A stretch of 64,000 nucleotides of DNA from Anolis carolinensis (GCF_035594765.1 NC_085841.1:62727636-62791635); one strand, 5' to 3'; shown: positions 39,989 to 53,424, numbered from the stretch's first letter. Notes: generated by a model from the sequence alone, not told the origin. Numbers and translations: made by a program.

Positions 39989-42324
39989 TAATAAGTTTCA
40001 GTGTTGCATCAAATGGATTTTGTAACTGCTGAAGCGTTGTACTACATGATTGTGACTCCAGTCCTGTGACTGCTTATTTGAAGATAAGCATTGAGAAGAA
40101 ACAGCTTACACATGAAGTGCCCTACATAGTTTTCTATGTTGATATTTTGCCATTCAGTCATCCGGCTCAATGATGTTCATCTCCCTCTTTTTTTTTTTTT
40201 TTAAGAAAAGTGGTAACATTTGAATTTTTTTTTGTATAAACCAAGTTCAACTGATCAAAATTAAGCAAAACAAATATTATTCTTCAGAATACCATTTATC
40301 TATTTTTGTAAATTTGCTGTTCACACTGTTATCTTACCATGTAAAACCTAATTTAAATAAGAGTTGCCAGTAACTGATGATCACTTTGTCTTTTCACTTA
40401 AAATCCCAAAAGGAGCACTTTAATTACCATCTGAACCCAACTGTTTTTATTTTCATATCTTACACTAATTTGAACATTTTTTTAAAAGATTGCTGCTGTA
40501 TTGTGTTCTTTGAAACTTTTAAAAAACTGAAACAGATGCCTATCTTGCTGTCAATTACTTTGTTAAATTTGTGGTTTTATATGTTGAATGCAGAAAGCAA
40601 ACATTCTGTATACTGTCTCATTTGGGTTTTCTAAGTGACTGGCTTGCACTAAGTGAACTTGACGCTATCTGTACTGTCCTTGGTGTTGGAAACTGTGGGC
40701 ACAATCCATTGGGAACTTCATCTATGAAAGCCACTTGATAGAAGTAAAAAGTCATTCAAAAACACAGCTGTGCTTTTTTGCAGCTTCTGCTTTTAATAGG
40801 GCTTGTGCAGATGGATTATCAAGTGGACTATGCCCATAAGTACCATCAAACCCCTCTAACAAATACAAGGGCTTTTCTAGGCTTTTAGATGTACCAATAA
40901 ATACCCTTTCTACTACCTTGATGGGAGACCTCTGTTTTGACTCTTCAAAAAAAAAAAAAAAAAGCTTATTACCTGCCACTGTAGGGCAATGCAATTTAAA
41001 ATCAGAGATGACGTTTCTCTCAAAGCAGTAGTATTCCTTCTCATTTACAGTTGAGTCACTTGATCTTACATAGTGTCAAGGCTGTATTCAGTGCATTAAT
41101 ACTGAAGTGCATCACTACGGCCTTAATAATGTAAAGGTTGTCATACTGCTGAGAAAGTTTTAACGTTTGCTTCTGATCAATATGGAGATGTTTTTGACAC
41201 AGGAAAATAATTATTTGCTTTAAGATGGTGAAGCAATAATGTTCCCTCAACAAGATTTTTTGAAATGTTTGTTTGGGAAGGGATGGCTATGTGCTCAAGA
41301 ATAACCCCTGAAGGAAAGTTTTTATTCTACAAGCCTTAGAAACATGAGCCTCCCTACACAATATTTCATCATCTGCCCCTTGATTCCCTCAACTAAATCA
41401 GAACAATGTGAGTGTACAGAAATATTTCTGTATGTACGACTTGGACCATTTTAGCATCTGTATAGTGTGTATTCTTATTAGAGACCTTTTCTATGGAAAG
41501 TTCAGTAATTTTTATTAAAAAAAACCCTTACTATTCATGTAAAACATGAAAAAGGAGTGTATTTAATGACAACTGACGAAGAGGGAAATTCAGTATTGTG
41601 ATAGCATAATTGGGGAACTTGTGACAAGAGTTCTGGGGTTTTTTGTCCCTTCCCTCTCCCCTATAAAAACAAGCTGTCAAAACTTTTTAACAGTTTTTCT
41701 CTTCATCCTGGTAAATCAGAAGAAAACATCTCTATTGTAAGTGCCTCTACAAGCCTGACCAAGGAGTGTAAATCTTCTTTTCTGTCTGGTCTGCAGTGCA
41801 ATGCACTGTTTTAGGCCTAAAGAACACCATTTCTGACTCTTAACTGCTTTTGTATTTTGTTTAATATGTTAGAAATGCACAACATACGCCTTTACATTTT
41901 TGTTTGTCCCTCTGTTCAAAGTATTGATGTCTTACATTTGTGCTTGCTGGGGAGATTTAAACATGGTTAAATCTCTCAGTTTGTTATTTACAAAAGATTG
42001 CCGAACTGGGTCTTATAACAACTGTTTAGAAAACCATTCATGTCAGTTTAGTCTCCAGTCTTGGGCATCACCAAGCATTAACCTACCAGTTGCAGACTGT
42101 TTTTAAACTGTCTTATGGCCTGTATGTGTGTTTAGTCCTGGTTAAAGATAAAGCTTCATAATATCTTTATTTCATGACATTAGCCAGCTGTAAAACACAA
42201 GACTTTTATCTAGCAGGCAAAGAAATTCAGGATTCATTTGCAGATTTCCTATGAAGTCATGTAACTTTTGAAAAACAGTGTTCATTACTGAAAGAGCTCT
42301 CAAGTTGCTTGTAAAGCTAATCTA

Positions 42325-42372
42325 ATTAAAAGATGTATAAAGGTTCTTGAAACAATGTGGTGGTTATTTGGA
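42325..42372 (+). terminator. Likely distal poly(A) signal of EGLN1
   Basis: ATTAAA at 42325-42330, followed ~25 nt later by GU-rich tgtggtggttatttgg. It ends a stretch with no recognisable repeats that starts at the stop codon. Confidence 0.55.
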
Positions 42373-43054
42373 ATTATTTAATATTTTTAAAGTTTACATT
42401 ACTACTAAATCTGATGGTGTGTATGTGTGTGTTTAGCAGTCAGTGATATTCCAGCTTGCAGTCAAGGGTCTTCTGCTAGCTTCATTTGTAAATCCTGTTT
42501 TTTAATTATCTTGCAGTGATGAGCTTTTAAAGAAAATGAGCTGAGGGTAAGGGGTGGACTGTGGAGAAGATGGCTGCTAGGAATTTCACCCCGCTGCTTT
42601 CATACTGTACCATCAATGCCCATGCTGTTGTCTCTGTCCACCACTGATACCTTGTTTCCTTCCTGTATCATCCCTGGAGTAGTTTTGCATATCAGAACAT
42701 CTCTTGTGCTCTGTTTGTATGGTATTTTCTTTTCTCCTTTTGTATTTCTTTCTTACCCTTCACTCCTCTAATCTCTTTTAACCCCTCAATCCACATCCAT
42801 TTCCCTCCTCATCTCTTGTCTTGTCTTCTGTCCATCCTTCATTTTCTCCCTCTGATTATGCAGCTACTTTCTATAATGCAGAGCTTTCCAAATATTTTAT
42901 GTTGGCGACACACTTTTTAGACATGCATCATTTTACAACATAATTCAGTTTTACTTGCAAACTGGAGCTTAAACCAAACCCCTTATGAAGATACATACAT
43001 ACATACATACATACATACATACATACATTGTAATGACAAAATAATAATAAAATA

Positions 43055-43095
43055 CCTCTGAGGATGCCTGCCATAGATGTGGGCGAAACGTCAGG
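43055..43095 (+). ncRNA. Minimal type I hammerhead ribozyme motif (Penelope-associated)
   Basis: CCU-CUGAGGA-U-GCCUGC(cauagau)GUGGGC-GAAAC-GUC-AGG: intact CUGANGA and GAAA core, helix II, palindromic ACGU helix III, 3-bp helix I. Confidence 0.7.
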
Positions 43096-43181
43096 AGAGA
43101 ATACTTCTGGAACATGGCCACACAGCCCGAAAGACATACAACAACCCTGTGATCCCGGCCATGAAAGCCTTCGACAACACA
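43055..43181 (+). mobile_element. Short Penelope terminal fragment
   Basis: Same family as 2225-2918; flanked by (AAT)n tracts. Confidence 0.85.
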
Positions 43182-43775
43182 ATAATAATAATACTTTATT
43201 TATATTCCGCCCTATCTTCCCCAAGGGGACTCAGGGCGGATCACAGTACACATACACAGCAAACATTCAATGCTGTTTGGAGACAGGACAGAACATAATA
43301 AGACAAACAGAAGAAGGTATGTAGTCTTGATGTATGAGGACATGATATATCTCATAAAAATCTTTTATATTTTCTAAAATACATAATGTATTGCTTATTT
43401 GACATTGACTCAGGTTTCTCATTATGGTCGCATGACACATCTGCACACAAACTTGTGGCATGTTACAGCACTAGGTAGTTTACTTCAGACATCCTATTCC
43501 TGCCCCTACCTCTCATAATCTTTTTTGAACTTCATCTCTCTATCTCTCTCTCTCTTTTTTTTTTTTGCAATTTCTACCTCTACAGCAACCGTCATAGAAT
43601 ACAAAATTTCAGGGTGACTGGGGAGGCAATGAAGGGGGAAAGAAAAATACAACATAGTATACAATAATGTTATCCCTCATATTTTTATGAGGGTGGGAAT
43701 CCTAAAAAATCCTAAAAGGTTTTGCTTTGTTTTCAGAAGACTGGTATCAGTGAGCCTGCTTTATGGGTGTATGTC

Positions 43776-44111
43776 CAGTGTTCCCTCACTTATCATTGGG
43801 GTTAGGTTCCAGGACCACCCGCAATAAGTGAAAATCCGCAAAGTAGGGACACTATATTTTAATATTTATATATTACTTTAGTAGTTATACACTATTTTAA
43901 GTCTTTATCAACCAATCGTGCGTTGATAAATTGCTTCCTTCTCCCATTGCTGCTTGGGCTCCTTTTCTCTCCCTTTGACTTCTCCTTTCTCCCTTCCTTA
44001 GGCGGTAAATTGTAATTTTTTATGATTTATAATAGTCTTCTAGAGTTTATTGAAAAACCGCAAAACAGCGAATCCGCAAAAAGTGAACCGCGAAGTAGTG
44101 AGGGAACACTG
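43776..44111. mobile_element. Tigger/pogo-like MITE
   Basis: TIR CAGTGTTCCCTCACT...AGTGAGGGAACACTG; a partial copy lies at ~29448-29640. Confidence 0.8.
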
Positions 44112-47100
44112 TACTTTCAAGTTGCATGATGATGACCCCAATAATTTCTTAGAGGTTGATTGCGAAGGCCATTTTGCCAAGTCCTTCAGCATGTGGTATT
44201 CATTTGTGGTTCCCCATCCAAGTACTTGCCAGAACTGATCCTCCAAACTCAGAAGGGAGCTTTATGGTATTAGCTCTATTCCAGTGATTCTCAACCTGGG
44301 TTCCCCGAGTGTTTTTGGCCTTCAATTTCCAGAAATCCTAACACCTGGTGAACTGGCTGAGGGCAAAAACATCTGGGGACACCAGATTGAGAACCACTGC
44401 TCTATTTAGTTTTGGTTTTGCCAAAAACATGTAGCAAGCATACATTGGTTCCTATCTCTGCTCCCTGTCTTAAATTGCGGCATACATTTTAGCTGAACTT
44501 GAAGTGTTACTGTTTTAAATATGGTGATTTTAAAATGTGTGAAATAACCTGATTCTTTGGACACTCGTTCAACTTTCCTTTAGCCAGTCCTGTCATTTTA
44601 AAAAGGTTTCCTGTTTTCAAGTTGAATGGCACTGTGTTGGACTTCCTTGGCAATTTTCCACTTATTTGCTGAATCTGACCATGCTATACTCACTGTTCCC
44701 ATTTGATCTATGAATGCAATTCAACTTGCCCAGTATAATAGTGTTCTTGCTTTTGACAGTCTCCCTTACCATTCTTTTGTTTGTGGTCATCCTATTTGTT
44801 GAGATAAGTAATATCAACAACAATATCCTAGTATCAAATTACTTTTGGGACATAGTAGAGCTACCTAAGTCTGTGGAAAACTGCTACTTATGTGTGTGTG
44901 TTCACCACCTCCAATACATCCTTTCTTGTACTTTCTGTAATGATTGTTAAATATTTCCATTCCACCAGGTTTCTGCTATGGTCACAACATTAATGTTATT
45001 AGTCAGCACTTTTAACACTTTATCCTCAAATCCAGGAAGCATATTCAATGTTGGTCATGCTGCAAAGCAAAATATGCAAGAGTGATACCAAATACATGGG
45101 GATCGTGACTCAAGGGCACTTAAAAACCAGTGAGGCCTCTACCTCTGCCAATGGTAAAATTCTGTTTTAGACTACAATTGGCTGTTTTACCTATTTAGCA
45201 CCTAACATTTTTCCAAATGTAGCAGTACAGAGGCTCCTTGAGAAATTCAGTGCTCTCTGCCTAAGAAGGGTCTTTGACTTCACAAAACAAAAGGGATATC
45301 CTGGATCCATAGAGGAATTGCTTTACAGCTGCAAAGGGAATTACACTTTCTGCCCTTTGTCTCAGCCACCACATGGCCGAAAAGATGGGAGTGGCCTCTG
45401 ACGGCATGAGATACCCCAACAATAGAAACAATGTCTAAGACAAAATGTAAACCTGTGGCTGTAACCCCATCACTTTTTAAATCTTTAAGATCTCTTAACA
45501 TCTTTTACCTGAAAGCCAGTAGAGCTTTGAAAGTGTCATGTGTGTTGTGCATGTATTTGGGATGTTATCTTATCCTACTTGTAGATCAAAGGATCCTGTT
45601 TTTTCAATAGCTCCGAGGTCTTGAGAGGTTCTTCAGGTATAGAAGAATGCATCATTGTTGGGGAAAAACATCACTTGACAAACTTCTCCCTGCCTTTTAG
45701 CTATTAGAAAATTACAGTACTGGCACATACTGTCCTTTTCTTACTAAGTTTTCATGCAAATCACTTGCCTTGGGGGAATGATCATGCAAGCTTCCACATT
45801 GTTCAGTAGCAGAATCCTCATGGATAAAACGACTTCCTAATTTGCCCATTTCCCCCAAAGGATAGTGCTCAGGTTCACACTTGCACCAGCCTGGTCTTGA
45901 AAACTCCCAACATGAGTTTCCTTGTTTGCTTCGTATCCTGTCCTTGATGTTTAGATTCTTCTAGCACAGAAAGAGCAAGCCAGACAATGGGGCATATGCA
46001 GGCACATATTTTGAAGATGTTACTTTTCTATGGACTTGAGAATCTTGTAGGCTTCAGAAAGTGTGTGCTAGTAGGATGTCTGACCTGCCAGTTAAAGGCA
46101 GTATGTATGACAGGTTTAGCCCTCATTTAGATCTTCCCACAATCACCTTGTATTTGATATGTTTCTGTCCAAGTTAACCCTTCACAAAACATGTAGTTAT
46201 AGGAAATCACGTTTTTTTTAAGCAAACAAAAAAATGCCTCAGACAGAAGTGCACAAATTCTGCCTAGATGGAGCACCATCTAGTGTCTGCTTTGAGAAAA
46301 TAGAACTTCTGAAAAAAGTGTTGCGTCTTTTGACTTTAATAACCAACAAATCTAAAAGCATGGGTATATATGATGTAGCCCTTCAGATCTTATCTGAATG
46401 CAGCTGTGCCAATAACATTCTGTGAGATATAGTCTGACTACATATGAACTGCCACATGATTTCCATCCCTAATTTATGGTCTGTGGTATAGAAATCTAAT
46501 ACACTCAGGTATGTGTATAATGCATTTGCCTTTCATGTATCCACAGCTGCTATGAAGTGCTACTTTTAGGGCAAGGGGGACCAAGGTACTGTATTTTAAA
46601 GAAAACAATATTCAAATTTGAATCAGTCTTAATTTTGGTTGTTTATTCTATTGAATTGTAACAGTTATGATTCAACAAAAGAAATGTCGGTTGCTATCCT
46701 ATTAGTGAATTAAAATAATGCAAGTTCAGCTTATGTCACTGCAACTCATTTTTATAGTCATTGCACAGGTTAGGATACTGTTCCACTTACACAACAACCA
46801 CAATCCCCATCCCCAAACTTGTGTTGTTAAATAGTGAGAGGGGCGAATGGGACATAGCTTAATTCCTGTTCATTACTTCATGTTCTGAAAAAAAAAATTG
46901 TCATGTTGGAGGGGCTGCACTACTTCAAATGTTTTGGGAGCTATAATATTGACTTAGTTACTGCATATTCTCGTGATACATAATCTCAACTGTAGTTCTG
47001 AACACAGAACCAGCATTTTTGCATCCTCCATATTAAACCCACAAAATGCTAAATGTCACGGGCTTGTTCTAGAAGACCATCATACATTTCCCTAACTACC

Positions 47101-47989
47101 TGAAAATCCTGACCATTCTAAGGTTTGATAGGAAGATGGGTTTGTGCAACTAAATTCTAGGCACAAGATATCACAGAACAAGTTGGAAAGGATCTTGGAA
47201 GTTATTTTCAGACTAATGGTGATTCTTCAGAGCAGAATGCAGCTACAACATTCATGGTAGATTGGTACCTCATATTTCCAGTGTAGCCCACCATGCTTGA
47301 CTCATGTTCCACTATCAAACAGCAGCAGAAATGCCTCCTAGTGTTCAGTTGATTCCTGGCAATCTCATTTCATTAGTCCTAATTTCAGAGCAATGCAGAT
47401 GTTTGTGCCATCTTTTACATCTCGTTCCTTCATGTTGAAAAATCCCTGCCTTTATATACCAAGCTTTGTCCAGTATTACATCCCAACCCTCTATTGATGA
47501 TGGGAATTGTGCCGGTATCATTGATTGTACCTCCCAAAATTCCATGCCATTGGCCATGCTGGTAATGGCTGCTGAGTAATGCCTACAAATATAGTAACCA
47601 GAAGACTACACAATTCCCACCCCCTGGCTTCTGCAAATCAACCCCTTTTGAGATACACTATTCAAATAGCACATCTATAGACACAAAACATGAATTGTCG
47701 TCAGAGAATTTTGTGGGTTTCTAACTCGGTGCCAGTGCATAAAATAATAGTGTACTTGTATGTTCTCTTAAAGGTCTTCAAAAGTTCCCTAAGAAGCTGA
47801 TCATAAAGTATCAACTTTGAGTGCTGTCTGTACAGAGTTGTGCAAAGCCACTCTTTCTGTGAGTAGCCTCAGAACAATAAACTACACATAGGTCATTTGA
47901 TGGGGAAAGGAATTATTTCTCTGCTGTTAAGCATCCCATACTGATACCAAGAAGTTGTGGTAGAATATCAGCATGGTTTGTTGATTATG

Positions 47990-48600
47990 CATTTTTATTA
48001 GGAGCATTCAAGTCAAATCGGGACACTAAATGTATAAAACAACAGAAACTACACACATTTTGACATACTTCCCTGCTACATTTTACACTTATTCCAGCAT
48101 TTAACAAATGCCTGGAAAGTTTCAGCATAGAAAGATTTGTCAGTACGCCTGAACTTGTGCGCTGTCCTGGAAAAATAGGAAACCCTTAGTGATCAAGCCA
48201 GGCCATTCATTCTGCTGACAGATATGCACATCACTCAGAACACAACAGTAATACTCACTGTTGATAGTGGCACTATGGGGTAGAAAATCCATGTGAAAAA
48301 ATGCCAAGCTTCTTGTGTAATTTCACAACTGGTTATGTGTCAATGATCTAGGATAAGCATTCAACACACTGAATGTTCAAGTAATAACTTTCAATTGGGT
48401 ACCACCACACCCGGGATCGTCACTGATGGATGTACAGCCATCTTTGACATGTTCACACCATTCAAATGTCATACTGCCGCTAAGCATCTCATCACCATAC
48501 TGTGCTTATAAATATACATGTTTTATGCCTTCATTTATAAGAAACTTAATCACCACAGGCAGTTTCATGCAACCACTAATACTGTCGTCTACTATCTAAA
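47990..48600 (-). mobile_element. Ancient internally deleted mariner transposon
   Basis: Minus-strand remnants VIKFLINEGIK.., QYGDEMLSGSMTFEWCEHVKDGCTSISDDPG (mariner HTH region) and FQAFVKCWNKC..GKYV (mariner C-terminus). Confidence 0.65.
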
Positions 48601-49909
48601 CAGTCTCTGGACTGGCCCTAACAGTCTCTGGACTGACCCTTAATAATAAATAGAAGACTTTATAGACAGCCGTATTTCCCCAAAGGGACTCAGGGCGGTT
48701 TCCAACAATATGGCAACCATTCAATGCCAAAATAAAACCATACAAACAGTTCATATCAGGGCAAGGCACATTAGACAATATAAACAACCTAACTGTAACT
48801 TTCTAAACAAAATGACAACAAATAAAATAAAGACTAAAAAATAAAATACAAAAACCCTGAGAAAACACACTAACATTGTTATATATATACACACACACCC
48901 CTATTGATAATAGGACACACCTAGCCACTTCCTACTGCATGCAATACCAACACACTAGGATCCATTTTAATATCTGTAAAAATAAAAGTCTGACTTGAAC
49001 TGAGTTTACCCTACTGTTCTACAAACATGTACCATTACACCATGAATTTTTGTCACCATATCTGCACATACTTTTCCATTTGTGTCCTGAAACATGCCTC
49101 ATAAGCCAACAATTTGCTGTGTTCTGCAACTCCAGAGCATAACAGATTTTAAGATAGAATTTTATACATTTCATTCAAATATAGATTGCCTTGTCACCTG
49201 TCTTCCAAACTCATTTGCCAGGACACATTTAAAAGATTATCATACAGTAAAGTCTCACTTATCCAACATAAACGGGCCAGCAGAATGTTGGATAAACAAA
49301 AATGTTGGATAATAAGGAGGGATTAAGGAAAAGCCTATTAAACATCAAATTATGCAATGATTTTACAAATTAAGCATCAAAACATCATGTTTTACAACAA
49401 ATTGACAGAAAAAGCAATTTAGGTGTTCAACAAGAGAGACTGACCAGCTCTGGATTTTTGAGGTATGATTGGGCAGCTATTTCTTCTTTTTCTACTCTGG
49501 CAGGTGAGAAGCATGGATAGCCCAGAGAACATCAACTGTCCCCTTTGCCCCAGGTGTTGGCTGCTGGTTTTCCTCAGTACATAAGTCAATTCGTCTTCTC
49601 CATCTTCTGAACACTAACAAGTAGTAGCAGCAAGTAGACTGGTAAAATCACTACTGGATGAAGAGTAAAACCTTTGTCTCTACTGCTTTTTTTCTTGCCA
49701 TTAGTGGACAATTTGGGGAACTGGACCTTTTCACAGTACATTCTCTCTGGCAATTACTTGATCACAATGATCTCTCTGGCAATTACTTGATCACTCAAGA
49801 CAAAATGTGGTAGAGCAGTGGGATATATAATTGAAGAGAACATGCAAGGCTACTTGTTTGAAGATAAATGGATTTCCAGAAGCCATCTATGAATAACGTA
49901 CTACTTAAA

Positions 49910-49997
49910 TTTATTGAAACAGAAAAATAAGCACTCAATATGAAATTTATTCAAATTATATTGACTGTTCCACTGTATCCAGAACAGGTAAATTTAT
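49910..49997 (-). terminator. Cluster of candidate SPRTN poly(A) signals
   Basis: AATAAA on minus at 49910-49915, 49946-49951 and 49992-49997, about 1.4 kb after the stop. Confidence 0.45.
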
Positions 49998-51343
49998 TTT
50001 GGACATTTACCTTTGTGAATCAGATCTTTTTGAACTTAAGACCCTGTTTCTGAAAAGTTATTACATACCAGAATTATCAATAGGCTACCAGTTTTTAAAC
50101 ACAAACCTGAATCTCTAGAAGAAAAAAGAACTACTCCTTATATAAATAAATGAGGCTTCATCCAAAGGCACTTTATCAGACAGAGTGAGGTGGCTTACCA
50201 CTTGTACACATGTGTGTATCAACTGAAAGATATCTCGTTATTAGAAGGTAATGTCAATGGAAAAACTTTTGGAAATCTGACAACTTTGTACCAGCTTCTT
50301 AACAGAAATGGGAAATCCGATACTAACATTTTCAACACAGACATAAACATAATATTCATGGACTCTACAAGGCCAGAATATTAAACAAATCAAACTAAGA
50401 AAAGAACAAAAATGACTATTTCAGAACAATAGCAAATTTAAATAAAAAGCTTATGTAATCCACATTTGGTTCTCATGAAGAATTAGGTTGATTTTTTCTT
50501 TGAGATGGAACAACTCTTAAGTTGTTTCATCTCAAAAAATTTTTAACCTTGTCATGTGATTAGACTAGTACAAAGTGCAAATACTCGAGGAACATACAAA
50601 ACATTTAACTTGAAAGAATCTTCCTAACATTTCAAGACAGTGAAATGGGCCAATGAACAGTTTTAGGGTCAGTGCCGGAACTTATTTACATAGTTGCCAA
50701 AAGTATTTTAAAGCTTTGCAAAAACTGTTGGTCAGAATAGTCTACTGCTTCCAAATGATTAACGGCTTGATTCACACGTATGTGAAATCAGCCGTATTTA
50801 AATTTACACTTATTTTATCCCATGAATACAAATTCTCTTAAGCCATTTTGAATTTACACAGTATTGCTTTGCAAAAGCTGTAGCAGCTTAAAACTCAGCC
50901 TTCAAAAGCAAACATGCAAAAGGCAGTTTTACAATATCAACTTTCTGTGTCTTTAAAAAAATTTTAATTTTAAAACATATTTTCTTTAATGAATATACAC
51001 ATTTTTCATGGCTATTAAAGTGTATTCAGAGCTCACTGTATCACTGACATAAAGGTGCAGAGAAAGGTTACTTATTCAAGTTGAAGAAACCTGAGACTTT
51101 GAGGTACTCATGGAAAGAATTTCCATTATCCCTAATCAACAGAGACTATCATGAGGGAAAATGGGATCTATAATCCACATGTACATCCTTCCTGCCTTAT
51201 ACTTCACACACAAAGTGAGATCATAAATAACATCAGCTCACCCAACAAAATATAAAGCCAAGATGGGCAATAAAACAGATGGATAACCCAGGAGAAAGCA
51301 GCATTCTTTTGATTTAGAGTTCAGCTGTGCGAGATCTGAAATC

Positions 51344-52029
51344 TCAGAGGCAGACGTCTAAATGTTCATTAATGTTTGCTTCCAAAACCTCAGACTGGCA
51401 GACAGGGCAGCGAACCTTTTTCTTTTGATTACTGACAGAAGGCGTCACAGTTTTTATGGCTGCTGGTTCAGCCTCACTTTTCACCAAAGGCTTTTTCTTT
51501 ATAAAATAGTTTTCAAAGGCAGTTGTGTCTTCCATTCTTGCCCGTTTGGATGCTCCGCCATTTTGTGGGCTGTCATTTCCATGGGATGCAATGTAGGATT
51601 TAGGTGTTGAAGTAGTTGGTTGAAAAATACTTTTTTCTGGTGTCTCCTTTGACAGTGGCTCTGATGTATCATTTGTAAAGCTTGAATTAGATCTTCTTTC
51701 AGTAAACAATACATTTTTAATTGGGGATCCATTAACATTCCTGTAAACTTTTTTGTTAGCAACTGAAACTTTAGGAAGCATGAGTCTAGAAGTAAAATTA
51801 TTTTTGTCTTCAATGGAAGAAAATGAAGGGGGAACATTTGTAAAGGAAAAGTTATCTTCGTTTTTAGGATTTTTTCTAGTCAAATCAGATGGTGAATGAT
51901 ACCGTGACCTCTTGTTGTTGCTGGGACTTGTGGTTTTCTCTGATGATGTCATATCACTTTTCCTTCCAAGGACATAACCTTTTCCACTAAAAGGAATTAT
52001 GCTTTGTATGTTCTTTCCATCCGTTATTC
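51344..52029 (-). CDS. SPRTN: SPRTN exon 5 (SHP box, NLS-like motif, UBZ4 finger)
   Basis: tttacag|(G)ITDGKNIQSIIPFSGKGYVLG (SHP)...KRARMED...VRCPVCQSEVLEANINEHLDVCL* (UBZ4); 686 nt. Confidence 0.95.
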
Positions 52030-52369
52030 CTGTAAAAACTCAAGAAAAAATAGTTTTAAAATGTTGTAATCTGCTTTTTGTTTTTTCGTGTCAGGAGCAA
52101 CTGGAGTTGCTTCTGGAGTGTAATCTGTTAAAAATAGTTAATTATATCTCTTTGTCATCCCATTAATAATTTCATAAACATGTTTTTTTAAATGCAGTAG
52201 TTAGCTATGACACACAATACTGAAAACGCCAGATGTGAATTAATTTTCATGCTAGCTAGGTTCACATAATTAGGTTCAACATCACTCATCCCTTCACTGC
52301 ACGACAGTATTCACAAGCAACTGTTAAAGACAAACAGCATCTGGAACAGATATATTAAAGTGTGATTTC

Positions 52370-52890
52370 TTGAAACCTGAGCTATACGGCTTGGGTCCAG
52401 GTTATTTAAGGACTGTATCTCTGTAAAGCCATCACACATCTACGATCATCAGGGAAGGGTTTTCTCTCTGTCCCACCACCAGCTCAAGCACATTTGGTGG
52501 GAACAAGGCCTTTTTGATGGCTGCTCCCAGACTGTGGAACTCCCTCGCAAGAGAGACCAGGATGGCCCCATCCCTGCTGGCCTTCCATAGGCAGGTCAAG
52601 ACTTTCTGTGTCAGCAGGCATTTGGAAGATGACAAACACATTGCTGGAGAGGCTGTGTGTGGGATTTGGGAGGGGGGGGGGGTGAGTTCTGAAATGTAAT
52701 TTTAATTATATGAGAATTTTTATTATATCTCAATGGTATTTTAACTTTTATCCATGGCATAAATATTTAATTGTTTTAAACTGTTTTAACTTTTGTATTT
52801 GCTATGTTTTTAAAATTGATTGGGTCATGTAATGTTACTGTAAGCCACCTAAAGTCTCCAGGAGCAGAAAAGCAGGGTAAAAAAAAGTTA
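52370..52890 (+). mobile_element. L2 LINE 3' fragment in SPRTN intron 4
   Basis: AF.MAAPRLWNSL.RE.R.APSL..F.RQVKT motif and gtaagccacct...gcagggtaaaa tail. Confidence 0.7.
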
Positions 52891-53165
52891 ATAATTAAAA
52901 AATATTCAGTTTGAAAACTCCCAGTATATTCAGCAGGAGTTTGGATATTCAAACTATATTGTTTTCTTGTCTTGCCGAGTCTGATATTTTAGTTCAAATG
53001 CTCACAGCTCAAAGCTTATCTGGATACTAAGAATTTCTGTTTAGTAAATACAATAAAATAAGCATACTACATTGAGTCTCTCTATTTTGTGATCTCAGAA
53101 AGTATGTAATTCACATTTTCCAGAAAAAAAATTCATTGGTAAAGATAGAAACAAGACTTAAATAC

Positions 53166-53424
53166 CTTTGCCATTGGCTGGAACTTCTGCTTGACTGTTC
53201 TTCTCTTTGTCTTTCTTTGCGTAGTTCTCTGGCTCTTTGATTTTGGTAAATGTACCGCCACAAGTCTGTTGATGATCAGACCACCAGTAGTCATTTGCAG
53301 AGGGTGCTCTGTTTATTGCACGCTTCACATAGCCAAAATATGGCATTCTTTTTTGACAAGGACCGTTGCAGCGCCACCAGTGCTGGCGATAAAAATCCAC
53401 CTCATCGTGAAAATTATGATAGAC
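53166..53424 (-). CDS. SPRTN: SPRTN exon 4 (zinc-binding subdomain)
   Basis: ttag|VYHNFHDEVDFYRQHWWRCNGPCQKRMPYFGYVKRAINRAPSANDYWWSDHQQTCGGTFTKIKEPEN...K(G)|gtattt; 259 nt. Confidence 0.97.
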
